A stretch of DNA of 63,961 nucleotides, the filler included, from Collodictyon triciliatum (taxonomy: Eukaryota): the NCBI GenBank assembly GCA_043381765.1. It is 6 parts of 6 records of this genome, joined end to end, with 100 filler letters (N's around TTAATTAATTAA, not from the genome) between each part and the next. Parts side by side here need not be neighbours in the genome. Positions count along the whole stretch, not along the records: positions 1 to 14,287 come from JBHJMP010001843.1; 5 more parts are not named here. The stretch is one strand, 5' to 3'. The notes under the pieces were generated by a model, which searched no databases, was not told the DNA's origin, and saw nothing but the letters and a program-made list of their open reading frames with translations. Below are positions 1-13,200 of the stretch, piece after piece. The translations under genes and the position numbers were made by a program. Within the stretch, counting starts at the first letter, position 1. Each line of letters begins with the position of its first letter.

Positions 1-175
1 TTTTTTCTCTCTCTTTTTTTCTCTCTCTTTTTTTCTCTCTCTTTTTTTCTCTCTCTTTTTTTCTCTCTCTTTTTTTCTCTCTCTTTTTTTCTCTCTCTTT
101 TTTCTCTCTCTTTTTTCTCTCTCTTTTTTCTCTCTCTTTCTTCTCTCTCTTTTTTTTCTCTCTCTTTTTTCTCTC
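1..175. repeat. Pyrimidine-rich tandem repeat, unit approximately TTTTTTTCTCTCTC
   Basis: Directly visible at the window start. Confidence 0.9.
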
Positions 176-346
176 GCTCGATCCGAAGCGAACGGCAGCC
201 CGACGTGGCCTTATAGGTTGATTTGCTTGTGTGAGGCTGTTGCGCCGTGCCAGGAAAACTTCGTGGAAAAGCAGAATGCGCTTCTAAACGCGTTTTCTTG
301 CAGGATATAGTACGGTACCAACAATCGTCGAATATACATTTATGGT

Positions 347-2231
347 ATGAATAGTTGCGTCTCCTTCACCAACCAGAACAATCGAGGCCGCGATCACAGC
401 CATGCGCCGACGCTTCCATCAGGCCGTGATGTCAAACCACTCGCTGCCGTATTCCCATTGACTTCCGCGTCACACCCTTCGAGACAGACAAGCAGCCCAC
501 CGCAATCCCATCCTGTAGACGCGGCTGTAAGAATGCGCCTCTTCAACTGGACGCTGAGCCTGCCGTCCCTTTCGCAGCTCGGTTTGCCAGAGATTTCAGA
601 CAGCCCTTCAGCCTCAAGAACGCCCCGCCACTCGGCCCGAGGCAATGCGGCAGGCGCCTCACAGGAGCCCAAATCCAGTGAGCCTCAGCACAATCCCAAG
701 GCAGCCGAGAAGACTGAGCGGCCGCGTTTCTACACATCCACGGCACCGTCCCGCAACGCAGAGGATAAGCGCGGGGGCGCCAGTGAGTCAGGAGTCAGGA
801 GCCATCGCGCCCAGACGGACCGCGAAGGAAAAAGTCCCATCACAGACATCACTGTTGATTTTGGCATTGATCCCCGGATCAGTGTTGCACCAGCAGCAAA
901 GTCTGAGCCGCCACCTCAGTCTTCGTGCGCCCCGAAATCTTACGCGAACAGGTTTATTTTTTTTTTCACATCTTTGATTACTTCTTTGATTGTGTTTAAT
1001 TAGCTTCCCATGTTCTAGTTTTTTTTTCTTCGTTTTTGTGAGGTGCAAATAGGAGTATTCAGCGAAATAAAGGTGCTTGTATTGTGCAGGGTGCAGATAT
1101 TTGAGAACGCCATCGACCAGCCTGTTGTGGATTTGGATAGGTTGCGCGAACTTTCGACATCAGGTTTGTGTTTTAAATATCGCATATTTTCGTTTCTGTA
1201 GATGAAGAAGCGATTAGGTATGTAGCTGATGACGCTGTACTGTATTTTTAATAGGTATTCCAGATAAGCCAAGCTCATTGCGAGCGACATATTGGAAGGT
1301 TTTTACATGAGTGTATCAACAAATGGTGTTCGATGATGCATTTAAGAATATATATTTCCTTTTAAAAATAGTTATAATTATATTAATGTCGCAGAATTCA
1401 CCAACGCTTCATAATCAAATTTTCATCAAGATATATCTCTAACTCGATGTGCATTCCAGATATTGCTAGGATATTTGCCTTTGGACTCTTCTTCGTGGAA
1501 AGAAACTTATGAACTCAACCGACAACTTTACAAACAATTTGCAAAAGATTTTATCCTTGACCCATCCATCTTGCATCATAATCAAAATCAGGATGCAGAA
1601 TTTACGGTGAGTCTATGAATCCCCAAAGTTTGTCTGTATATTCACGAGGGGCTGTTGTCTGCCGTTTGTATAGAGGAAGCAGTAGCCTCGCTACAAACAT
1701 CCCACATACTTATCCTCGATATTTTTTTTTAAAAAAAAAAAAAAAACAAATCTATCAGGATGATGATGCGAATCCCTCAATTTTGGCAACGAAAGTTAAC
1801 TCCAGCAGTCATGTAAGAGGACATATATTTAAGAGATATAAACAAAATGAAAAGAATACAGAGAGTAATGGTTAATCGATCGATTCATATGAACTCAGCC
1901 CCTGAGCACAGACCTGGGAAGTGACTGGTGCCGATACTTTGCCGATCGGAAAATTTTGAATGAAATTGACAAAGGTAGCCATTTTGAAGAGAGAGAAAAA
2001 ATGCGACCTTCAAATGAGCATTATTTCATTCGGTATTTACCACCATACTTTGATGATAGATGCTCGACGAACACTCCGCCAATTCCACTTCTTCAACCAA
2101 CTTATGTCTCAAACTGGACAAGTCAAGTGATTTTTTTTTTTTTTTGTTCACGAATTATATCTCAACTATTGTATTTGCGACTGTATCTTCGCAGTTAACT
2201 TGGTGCCCACTCAATACCTCCAGCTCCTAGC

Positions 2232-2272
<41 letters not shown>

Positions 2273-3733
2273 CCAAAAAAAAAAATTAAAAAAAAAAACA
2301 AAAAACAAAAAAAAAAACTCAAANNNNNNNNNNNNNNNNNNNNNNNNNNNNNNNNNNNNNNNNNNNNNNNNNNNNNNNNNNNNNNNNNNNNNNNNNNNNN
2401 NNNNNNNNNNNNNNNNNNNNNNNNNNNNNNNNNNNNNNNNNNNNNNNNNNNNNNNNNNNNNNNNNNNNNNNNNNNNNNNNNNNNNNNNNNNNNNNNNNNN
2501 NNNNNNNNNNNNNNNNNNNNNNNNNNNNNNNNNNNNNNNNNNNNNNNNNNNNNNNNNNNNNNNNNNNNNNNNNNNNNNNNNNNNNNNNNNNNNNNNNNNN
2601 NNNNNNNNNTTTTTCTTCTTTTTTTCTTCTTTTTTTCTTTTTTTTTTCTTTTTCTTTTTTCTTTTTTCTTTTTTCTTTTTTCTTTTTTCTTTTTTCTTTT
2701 TTAATCATAAATAAATGACTCGATTAGTAGAGAAAATTAAGCTCATGCGGCAATAGGAATGAACGAAATTCTTGCCCCCATTTTATATATCATGTGCATG
2801 GATGTTCCAATCGAATCACTGGAGGATGCTGAAGCAGATGCATTTTTTTGTTTCACAAACATGATGGGAGAGGTTTGTCTTTGGGTTAAAACGAGTGTGC
2901 CAATCTACAACACCTGATGGCATATTTAATTTTGTGCATGAAAAGGCAAATTGCAAATATATAAATCTAAAATAAAGAGGAAGGAGAATGTGAATGCATG
3001 AACATGATTGCACTTAGTTAAGGGACAACTTTCTACGGGAGCTGGATACATCGTCGGTCGGTATCGGATCAAGAATGGACTTTTTGAGGGAGTTGCTCCA
3101 CGACAAGGACCCTGAAGTTGCAGAATATTTGGTCAGTATATGAATTCTGTACATCACAAAACTTGTATGCATTCAGGTTAAGCTTCAAATTGCATCGTCT
3201 ACTGACTTGTGCATAAACTCAATAGGATAGTTTAAATATGCTTCCACAATATTATTCGCTCCGCTGGATAACTCTCCTGTTGTCCCAGGACTTTCAGCTA
3301 CCTGAGATAATTCGCCTATGGGACTCCCTCCTTGCTGATTCAAAGCGCTTTGAGTTTTTGGTTTATGTCTGTTGTGCTATGGTCATGTAAGGAAATCAAG
3401 TCTCGAATACAAGAATGATCAATATATCGCTCGAACCTTTCAGAATATCCCGTAGATTGTCTGTATGCACGATAAATAAGTGAATAAGGAAATAACTAAC
3501 TTAGACTTGTTCGCTCTGACATCATCGGCTCGGACTTTGCCTCCATTTTGACCATGCTCCAGGTGGGATTAATATATCTATTCTCGCTCAACCTGTGCAT
3601 ACTCTGCCCATACCTCTCGAGGTCCAATTTTTTTTCTTATGTCACGGTTCCTTTCTAAAATAAACAGACGTACCCGTTGTCGGATATGAATCTCATCATC
3701 AGAAAAGCAAAAGAACTCTACGACCAGAAGTGA
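347..3733 (+). CDS. TBC1D13: TBC-domain Rab GTPase-activating protein, TBC1D13-like (multi-exon, internal N gap)
   Basis: GT-AG exons spliced by eye give VVDLDRLRELSTSGIPDKPSSLRATYWKILLGYLP, PLSTDLGSDWCRYFADRKILNEIDKDARRT (IxxDxxR arginine finger), GMNEILAPILY..EADAFFCFTNMMGELRDNF and PQYYSLRWITLLLSQDFQLPEIIRLWDSLLAD. Stop TGA at 3731-3733. The start codon is uncertain because the N-terminus is low-complexity. Confidence 0.82.
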
Positions 3734-4793
3734 ACCCCGGAACGACTTAACGGGGTCCTTGTTTCCATCTTTTGAATAAAAAAAATCATCTAATTACAAA
3801 TATATTTAGAAGGAAAGCGTCAAGTGGCTGTGAGAACGGGCGGGGGAAGGATATCGCACTCTCCAGTGACTGGTGTTGTGTGCGAGGCATCCTTGCCCAT
3901 TAAGCCTATGACACCCTAAGCGTGTCCTTGGGCAAGTGGGTCGTTCATCACCGCAGCGCCCTCTGGTTCCGTCTTCTCCTTTGCGCAGGGCCGACCCAGA
4001 TGTGTGTGTTAGAGAGATTTAGTCCACAAGTTGCGACGGCGAACTCTGGTCAAAGTGTTTTAGGCTCTATTGGAAAGTTTTAATTGCAAGAAATTTGCTG
4101 TGGGCGAAGTCATTAGGATGACTTTTTTTTTACAAGCTATCCTGCCGTGGCTCCGCCGTGTTCTTCTCCCGAGCTCATTTATAACACTAGTCACAGAGAG
4201 GCTGCAACACGGACGTGCTACCACCAAAGACAGGCATTGAGATACACTCGGCTTGAATTTTGTACATTGTGACTTCATGGGAAAATAAAGAGCGGTGTCA
4301 CTGAGGAATTTATTGCGTAGTGAGTTTAAACACACTTTTGGGTTAGTTGTCAAACGACCTTCAAAAATCCAGATATGGTATGATTCACTCCCTTGAATCT
4401 GGCAAAACAAAAAAAAGGGAGCTGAAAACGCAGTCATAATCACGCCAATATGAAAGAGTCTGCAATATAAAAATCAATCGGTGGCCGCCCAGCCTGCTGC
4501 ACACGAATCCGGTACTTCAAGCACCGCCACAAACAACTCGCTCAAACCGCAATAAAACTGCCTTGAATAAAGGGCCTTCGCTCTGCTTTTCGGTCGACAT
4601 GCTGCGGCGTCTTTTGCGTCCTGCTGCGCCCCATAGCCTGCTTGCGCGCCTCTCGTCTCCTCTCTCCACAGACGCACTTGCCAGAGGTAGAGGCCCTTCA
4701 TGTGGGTGAATACATCATAGAGAGGAGCAGATTGTCCTCATCATCGTACATTCTGTTCTGTCGTCCTTTTTGTGTGTGATTTTACAAACAATT

Positions 4794-4895
4794 AAACAAA
4801 CAAACAAACAAACAAACAAACAAACAAACAAACAAACAAACAAACAAACAAACAAACAAACAAACAAACAAACAAACAAACAAACAAACAAACAA
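4794..4895. repeat. (AAAC)n microsatellite
   Basis: Directly visible. Confidence 0.95.
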
Positions 4896-4949
4896 GGAAA
4901 TGAGAAAATAAATGAACAAAGAAAATTATAAACCCCAACATTCACGAAA

Positions 4950-6294
4950 ATGCTAGAGGCCAAGCCAACTGCTGTAAGTCGTCTGTTCTTTTCTTTACCA
5001 ACAAATATCTTCCACCTTAAAACTACCCTTCTATAAGTACTATGTGACAATATTATCACAATCTTAAGTTTCCTCCCAAGCCCTATGGTTGAAAAGAAGC
5101 GCGAATGGCGCATGAATAATTATTCAAGTCCAATATTTTTAGCAGCAATCGTCTGACCCAGATGCAGTGCAAATAGGCAGCACAGAGAAGAAAGGGCCGG
5201 TGGCTTCGTTCGATGATTTTGAAAGATGTAATATTCAGGTTTGCGTACGCCAAAGCGATAGTCGCGGATATGGTGGAATAATCAAACTAGCAAGATTGTA
5301 GCCTGTATGAGATTATATTTTTTTACTGCAATCTAATATTCAATTTTTAGAACTATGTTTGGCTCAGTATCGGCTTGTTTTACGCAACCACACAGGTATC
5401 CAAGGTTCTTGCTGTTTCGAAACACCCTGAGGCAGACAGTCTCTACATTTGTACTATACAGTCGTCTGCGACAGGCACTTTGTGCTTGGTAACTGGGCTT
5501 GTTCCGTATGTGTACAATTCCCTCTTCCTCAATGTGTCCAGAATTAGATTTAAAAATGCTAGGAAGGTGCCTGTGTGCGCTCCTCGTAGTCAGATAAATA
5601 AATAAATAAATAAAAATTATCTGCAAAACAGATACTATTCAGAGCGAGAGCTTCAAGATAGGCTAATCGTTACCATGTATTTTCGACATATGAGAGCAAA
5701 CATATAAATATAAGTGTATATAAGTTTTTTTTATCTTTTCTGTTAATACGCTATTTTTCCCTCTTTATTTCTTTTTCTTTTTTCCTTTTTCTTTTTTTAC
5801 TAACAACCAGAATGAATTTGAAACCAACAAAGCTTCGGGGTGTGCAAAGCCAAGTCTGATTTCATATGCACCTGTAATTCAGTGTAGAGTGCTGATCATT
5901 TTTGCTTTCATTTCAGGCTATGCTTCTGGCAGCGACGAATAGTGCAAACAAAAGGGCAGTTTTGCTTGATGTTCCCAGCGGAAGTGATGTTGGCGACCGA
6001 GTCATCCTCAAGGTTTTGAAATATTCGTACTGTTTATCGATGCGGTTACAATCCTGTGATTCATCAACCAATATCTCAGCAACCCCACTGGAAGTTTGTG
6101 TAGCCGTACCACGAATATTTAGTTACCATGGGCACATAGGATACACCATTGAAATCTGAGGCGGTGAAGCAAGTCAATGGTAAGCTCTGGGACAGAGTGG
6201 CCTTGTCTCTCACAGTTACAGGTAAATGCAGCAATTAAGTACTTCAATTTCAATTCACGCCGGAAACTTACCCTGTTCTACTGGAGATGTACAC
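4950..6294 (+). CDS. tRNA-binding OB-fold protein (EMAP II/Arc1p/Trbp111-like); 3' end lost in N gap
   Basis: Spliced translation: MLEAKPTA-QSSDPD..VASFDDFERCNIQ-VSKVLAVSKHPEADSLYIC..LVTGLVPYYSERELQDRLIVTI-MNLKPTKLRGVQSQ-AMLLAATN..LLDVPSGSDVGDRV. The HPxADxLY, NLKPxKLRGxxSxxMLL and PxGxxxGDRV motifs are diagnostic of the family. Confidence 0.8.
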
Positions 6295-7267
6295 NNNNNN
6301 NNNNNNNNNNNNNNNNNNNNNNNNNNNNNNNNNNNNNNNNNNNNNNNNNNNNNNNNNNNNNNNNNNNNNNNNNNNNNNNNNNNNNNNNNNNNNNNNNNNN
6401 NNNNNNNNNNNNNNNNNNNNNNNNNNNNNNNNNNNNNNNNNNNNNNNNNNNNNNNNNNNNNNNNNNNNNNNNNNNNNNNNNNNNNNNNNNNNNNNNNNNN
6501 NNNNNNNNNNNNNNNNNNNNNNNNNNNNNNNNNNNNNNNNNNNNNNNNNNNNNNNNNNNNNNNNNNNNNNNNNNNNNNNNNNNNNNNNNNNNNNNNNNNN
6601 NNNNNNNNNNNNNNNNNNNNNNNNNNNNNNNNNNNNNNNNNNNNNNNNNNNNNNNNNNNNNNNNNNNNNNNNNNNNNNNNNNNNNNNNNNNNNNNNNNNN
6701 NNNNNNNNNNNNNNNNNNNNNNNNNNNNNNNNNNNNNNNNNNNNNNNNNNNNNNNNNNNNNNNNNNNNNNNNNNCTGAGTTTGCTTTAGCTGCAGTGAGC
6801 TTGATGAAAACAGCCACCCCAGGATGGTCTCCTCGCCGACCCGAGGCCACGACATCATTCGCGAAGGTGGGAATTCACGTGTGTGACCTGGAAACCCAAA
6901 GTCTCAGCGTGGCGAGGCGGTTGATCGAAACTGTTCACACCTGCTTGTGCTGGTTTTAAATGATTGAAACCAAAGCATCAGGTCAACTCACAAAGCAAAA
7001 CTCGTACCACCACAAACTAGATCGATACTTCACCACGCAGATTGAGTCGCTCCTATCACCTTTGGCCAAAGAATACCATGAAAAAGAGACTGGATCAATT
7101 TATCCCTTCTCTCGAACGCACCAAGATAAAGAACCTGGTTTGGCATTAACTCTTTCTTTTCTTTTCTTATATTTGTTCCTCTGTATCATGAAGCTAGCAT
7201 GCTTATTAATCTGAACCTTCCTTGCAAGGACTCTATTTTGTATACATAAGTGAAAAAGAAAGTAAAC

Positions 7268-8902
7268 ATGGTGTGTAAAATCAGCTTGATGGCTTTTTTT
7301 TCCAAACTCAACCGATACATTTGCATATTTTGTAAAAAGGCACGCAGCCGGATGTTGGTGCTTTCCTGCTTTGCATCCGGGCTGATAAGACTCTTTGTTT
7401 CTCCTGCTGTGGCTAGTTTGCCGTCTGAGGTGAGGCCAGGATTTCCGAAACAAAACAATATAATTTGTTATGTGAAGGTGTATATTCACCTTTATCTAGA
7501 TTTCTTTACCAAACGCTCGGACAATAAGAAAAAAAACATTCATTGTAACCTAACAAAGGGGCTATCCTCCCATTTCATCATTTGCACCTCGGCTTGTCTG
7601 GTCTCGGTATTCATCCCAATGGTTTACCGTACTTCACGCGCTTCGCTCTCTACTTTGTCTATTATCTTGTGTATGGTACTTTTCTTGATTCCTCTCATCG
7701 ATGTATATTACTTGGAGCATTCATCAGCAGGTATTACCCTATCGTGACTCTAATTTCCAACAGAAATGTCTTTAATATACGCAAATAAAATATCATGGAA
7801 CAATATTCACAGCTTAAGTAATTGATTACATTCATCCAGCTATCTTGAGTCTTCATGCAGGGATTCCGCTGATATCATTTTTTGTCATCGGCGTAACATT
7901 TGGGACTCTCTATACTCTGCTTATTATTGCATCGTCTTTTGTAGTAGCATATGCCTTCGAACAAAGAGATTTCCTTTCCAAACATTCGACACACGAACTG
8001 GCAGTGGGTTCCTGTTACTATTGTTAATGTCATTCTATGTTTGTAATCGTTATTTGTCCTATGCAATTATGCGGGTATTTCATAGTTTGCAAACTTTGTA
8101 AAGACCGAATAAGCCAAACCGGTGATTTGTAGGTTTTCGAAACCCTCTCGCTGACTTCGACTATTTTGATAGTATCAGTACTATCCTATTTCTATCAGAA
8201 GACGATTACACCTCCAAATGATAAGGTACAGAATCCAAAAAAAAAAAAAAATTCATATCATACAGCTGCCGAATCACTGCTTTTCTGGGCATTTGAAATC
8301 GCATTTCTTATCACCCTTGTTTTTAGGTTATGACATTTTTTCATCCGCCCCACCAAAGCAATATTTTGTCGAGGACAATCTCTCATAACACAGCGCTCTC
8401 TGTCGTCTCTTCGTACGACCCGGTGGAGATGCTTGTAGCTGAGAGAGGAGAGGATTGGGTGTATGAAGAAACTGAAGATGCCTACGTAAGCCCTGCTTTA
8501 ACACATGAAATGAATCTCATTGTACAATAATGAACATTCAAAATAACCTTTAAATAGCAAACAAAACAAAACAAAATCATATTGCTGGTCATGTCAGTTT
8601 GCAGTGCACTGGACTCTACAGGCATTACAACATCAAGGCTTGGTGCTTGCATGGATTCCTGACATGTTTATCACCACAACGAATTTTAGGTTGCCTTTCT
8701 TGGAGATAACCATAGTTTGCGCTATGCTCGTCTTTTGGGAACCGAGGGCGACGAAATCTTTCTGGCGTGGTTGGAACAGGAAGGAACAACCCCGCTCTAT
8801 CGCTTGGAGGGGACGACAAGCCTGGAGCCAATCCACAAGATACTGTGTCTAGTTCACATTCGCCCGTACAAGGATGACCTCTACATCTTGTTACGCGCAT
8901 GA
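7268..8902 (+). CDS. Hypothetical multi-pass membrane protein (multi-exon)
   Basis: Successive exons encode hydrophobic segments (HFIICTSACLVSVFIPMVY, LSTLSIILCMVLFLIPLI, GIPLISFFVIGVTFGTLYTLLIIASSFVVAY, LSLTSTILIVSVLSYFY), then a soluble C-terminus. No family recognised; start and exon joins are uncertain. Confidence 0.4.
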
Positions 8903-9230
8903 CAGGCTGCTAGCGTCTGCAGTGCCCATCCATTTTTCTCCCCTGTATACCCCAATTCTAGTTTTAACAATAAAACATCATGCCGCTATCTTCGATGCAT
9001 CGCGGCACTTTTTGGGGCACGATTCCGCGGAGCCAGGCAACCCCCAAAGACATGGGGCTGATTGGGTAACTCATTTCGAGCCCGCCTCTTCACGGCTGAC
9101 CGGCTGTGAATGTTGTCAATAATTCAGTAACTTTTAGGATGGAGGTGAAAAAGTATCCCCGTCCGGTTGGGAGCAGCCGACAGACTCTTGCGTGTCGATC
9201 TGGAGAAGCGCGATGTTGGAGAAAAGATAT

Positions 9231-9237
9231 AAAAAAA
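9231..9237 (-). terminator. RNA polymerase III T7 terminator of tRNA-Arg
   Basis: Run of 7 T on the - strand about 12 nt 3' of the tRNA discriminator base. Confidence 0.65.
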
Positions 9238-9248
9238 TTTAGGAAGCC

Positions 9249-9322
9249 CACCCCTGACGGGACTCGAACCCGCAATCGCCGGATTAGAAGTCCGACGCCT
9301 TATCCAATTAGGCCACAAGGGC
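9249..9322 (-). tRNA. tRNA-Arg (anticodon TCT), intronless
   Basis: The reverse complement folds as a cloverleaf: acceptor GCCCTTG/CAGGGGT, D arm GCCT..AGGC, anticodon arm TCGGA-CTTCTAA-TCCGG, T arm GCGGG-TTCGAGT-CCCGT. A and B boxes are present. Confidence 0.96.
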
Positions 9323-9493
9323 TTTTACTTGCTGCGTGGGGAAAGGGTTAGGGAATATAAATACCAATATTTCCCTTTTTGTTTTTTTTGCAATCCAATC
9401 CTTTTGTGACTCAGTGCGCAGCAGGCGCGAGGAAGTTTGGGCGGAGTACGCAGGGCACCTAACGAGCAGACAAGAAGCTGCGCAGGTGCCGGG

Positions 9494-9973
9494 ATGCGCA
9501 CCACCGCACAGTGCGCCGCGCTGCAGTTTGGCGGGGAGAGTGCGCGGGAGGGCGGGGCATACCGTGGGCCCGAGCGTGGGCTGGCGCCGCCGTCGACGAT
9601 CAAGGCTGTGCTGGAGCCGCAGGCCGGGGCAGACCGCAGCCGCTTCCGCACCACGCAGCAGGGCCGCACCGCACAGTTTGTGCCGCACCCGCAGAGCGCC
9701 CGCGTGATGGACGCGCCAGTCCGCCCCGGCCTCCACAAGAACTCGTCCTCCCTCTTTGCCCACCTGCTGGCAACGCCCGCCCCCGACGCCCCGCCACCCC
9801 CGCTGCGCCTCGAACCGCCCCCGACCTTCTACCGCTCCCTGCGCCACTACCGCCCCGCCCCGCCCCGTCCTCTGCCCGCCGCTGCGTCCAAGTCCCCCAA
9901 GCTGCCCAAGTCTCCCAAGTCGCCGACCCACGCCTGGGGGGAGCGCAGCGGCGGTGGTCCGAAGCTCCGCTGA
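9494..9973 (+). CDS. Hypothetical GC-rich, Pro/Arg-rich protein
   Basis: GC-rich open frame with many C/G-ending codons, ending in SKSPKLPKSPKSP. No family recognised; start uncertain. Confidence 0.4.
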   Translation: MRTTAQCAALQFGGESAREGGAYRGPERGLAPPSTIKAVLEPQAGADRSRFRTTQQGRTAQFVPHPQSARVMDAPVRPGLHKNSSSLFAHLLATPAPDAPPPPLRLEPPPTFYRSLRHYRPAPPRPLPAAASKSPKLPKSPKSPTHAWGERSGGGPKLR

Positions 9974-10242
9974 CGGCGCAGGGTCGCTCGGGCTGGCCCT
10001 GGATGCGGCACCGCATGTTCTTTCGCCCTCGGGTCGGTTGGTCTGGTTCCGCCCGCTTCGCATCCCTCGTCAGCCCCCGTGATGAATCCCATAAACCCCG
10101 TGAATCCCCTGCCTGGCCTGTCGTCAGACGGCAGAGACTCGCAAGCCAGGGCAAGGCAAGGATACAGAGACCAAACGGCGTTTATGTGTGCGCTTGCATT
10201 AGCTGGTGCCCCCTGGCCGAAGGGAGGACATCGGCGGGTCGG

Positions 10243-13200
10243 CTATTCGTGCGGCTCTCGCTGCTCGCCCCATTCCCCATCCTGGTCGACGCGCAGTCCA
10301 AGAGCCCACCGTCTCGGCGGCAGGTCTCCTTTGTGTGCATCGTACCACCGTGATGCCGATAGCGCGCTGAACAGGCTCAGGTGAAAGACCAAGGAGATGA
10401 CGTCGGGTTGCCTGTCGGCTGTTCGAATCCCAACCATGACCGCAACTCCTGTGCAGAGCCAAACATTTTCATATCGTGCAGTGACTCTCTTATTCGATTC
10501 TTTGTTTCTTTGTTTCTTTGTTTCTTTGTTTCTTTGTTTCTTTGTTTCTTTGTTTCTTTGTTTCTTTGTTTCTTTGTTTCTTTGTTTCTTTGTTTCTTTG
10601 TTTCTTTGTTTCTTTGTTCAAACCAGCGTTGTGCAAATTGGGCCGGGGGTGGAAAGGTTTTGCGAATAAGGCAAACCTCGGTGTCGAATACCATCAAGAA
10701 CACAGGCCTTTCTATAGACAGAGTCAGCAAAGAAGAGTTCCGGGTCTTGTAAGAAAAAGATTCCAAACTCTTTGTCTGGGAGGCTATCGAATCTGAACTC
10801 TCCAATCTGCGGACATGACGACAATGTAAGGGGGATATGTGAGAGGCCGTATAGTACAAATGGTTGTGGGTCCAATAGATTCAAGCAACAAGTGCTAGAA
10901 CCGGCACGCCATCTTATTTAAATCTTACCAGTTCTACTAGCTTTCCATCCTTCCAGGCCATCAGATATTCTCCCTTGCGTGTGTACGTCCTCATCTTGAT
11001 ATCCTGGTTCAGTCCACGATTCATCGATAGAATGTCTTCTAAAGCCTGCTCTGCCTCGTGGAAGTCGCTACCCGATTCCTGTGCATTAATCTTACATATT
11101 CAAAAAAATTCGAAGCGCGATTATCTTGTTTAAATTAGTGTGGCTCGCACTCTTCTTCCTTAGGTCGACATACCTCGAAGGGAACCGCTAGTGCAAACCG
11201 AATTTTGTTAATGAGCTCTGGATTCATCCGCATCATCTACAAAATGAATCTTTGTTAAAAAAAAGAAAAAAGAAAGAAACTCGCAATGGTCTTGATCGAA
11301 AGATGAAGCGGTATTAAGTAGCATCGCCTCGATGTTTTCACCTAAAAGAAAAAGAAAAGTAGGAACCTTCAAAAATGTTGGCTTCGATACCAAATCTCCA
11401 CCAGAGAAAGCACGTTCCAATTTCGAAAGTATTTGACAAAGCTCATCTTCTCTGTTATATGTTCAACAGTTAAGATATTTCTGTTGAATTGTTTGCATGT
11501 TCTCATTCGCCGGCTCTAAAATTCCCTTCGTAAGGAAAGTTTAAGAAAATCATGGTACAACAACAAACAGCGATTGGGGAGAAAAAAATCAATCAGAGGG
11601 ATGTACTTACTCGCAGAGGCACATCAATATTCGAAAGGCATCAGAGTTACTCAAGTATTCTTTGTGATTCAAGTCCATCATGTCGAAGCAAATGTCACTG
11701 AGCTCAATTAGCGACCCATGCAAGACTTTCCCCTGCGTTTAAAATTTCATGAGGACGTAGATATTCATTACACTGAATTATTGATTAGAGTGAATCTGTC
11801 AACGCAGGGGTTAAGACGTACCAGAAAAGCACAAAACTGTTCGATAGTGACTTTCAAGTTTTCGGACCCAACCATTTTGTCATACTCTTTAGATTCTGGC
11901 TTCTCGTAGAGAACACTGGGGAGACCGCCAATTCCATGGCTTCCTGCTTTGTTAGTCACGTTTGCTGAATCTATTATCTCTTCCAGTAGGTGATTTCTAT
12001 CCTTTGGGGACTTTGCTAAATTTTCTTCAACGTCCTGATTTTTTTTTGTTTCCTTCAGTATTGCTCGATTCACTGAAGCTTTGTGTACATAGTTTAAAAT
12101 TGATAAATTATAATCTCGTATCACTTTCATACTTACGAGTCGTGAAAGTAGGTAGAACATTGTCTTTGAAAAGTAGATGTCATCGACAAGATAGATTTCC
12201 TCTACGTATTGAGTAAATGATTCGTAGCTCAGATGTGACACAAATTCCTACGTTCCAACGGCCTCATGAGAATAGAATCACAAATAGCAAGCTTAACAGT
12301 GGAATCAGAACGAAGATGAAGAAGAAAAAGGGACAGTCTCTAATATATTCCAAAGAGAGAATGATGCAAAAATTAACTGAGTAGGGGAGAAGTAACTCAC
12401 TTTATCATTCGAGTTACTAGTCCCTGATGTTTTTTCTTTGTTTTCGTGATTCCCAAAATTGCGGAAATGATGAATAACTTTGACTGCTTCCTCAAAGTTA
12501 CCTGAATATGGGTAAAATTGTTCGGTAAGGTGCGGGCTATGGGGTGGTCTGTTCGATGTTAAGATTATAATGTGCATATGTGACAACAAACATTTGGATA
12601 GGCAGCAGAGGTAGTCGGCTTTTTCTCGAATGTGCTTGGGGTGTGCTTTCTTGGATGCTTCGGTCTCCTGATAGCAATCATTTTTAGTGATTATTATACT
12701 GAGGGAGAAGTATTTGATGGTGATTGGCTCTGGTGAGGAAACAAATTACTTATTAGCGCGCACAATCTATGTTAACAACATTTACATACATATATTCAGC
12801 GATCCAAAAACCAACCGTATCTTCACTTTCATTCCCATTGTTACTTTCCCAGTGGTGATTGCTTTTGGTTTTTTTATTTTTCTATTTGATTCCGATCATA
12901 CATGAATTAATTTGGTCATAGCTGGAAAACAAAGTTAGAGGAGCCTCCCATTGGAAGGAATGAAAAATAAAAGAAAAAATAATCCGTCCAGGTTCGATGT
13001 GATAGCGTGAACTTTTGGTTTTCTTTTTTATCATCAAATGAATTTCAGGTACGCAACTCTACGTTGTCTAAGATATTAAAATGTACCTTTGGTGACTTTT
13101 TCTGTCTGTTATATTTTGTGGGAGATTTTCTCGGAAGAGATAACTTTTGCGACGGAGAGCCCGCCCGACTGGGAGATTGGGAAAGCTTCCTGGAATATGA

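Noticed and set aside
4009-4750. Possible - strand selenoprotein (MYDDEDNLLLSMIFIAV-TGA-ASCLWRCLK..)
   Set aside because: It needs a second TGA read-through, matches no selenoprotein family I know, and the downstream ATGA..AA..GA spacing does not fit a SECIS.
9308-10353. Several overlapping long ORFs on both strands
   Set aside because: Expected from very high local GC (few stops); only one + frame and the last exon of the - gene are retained.
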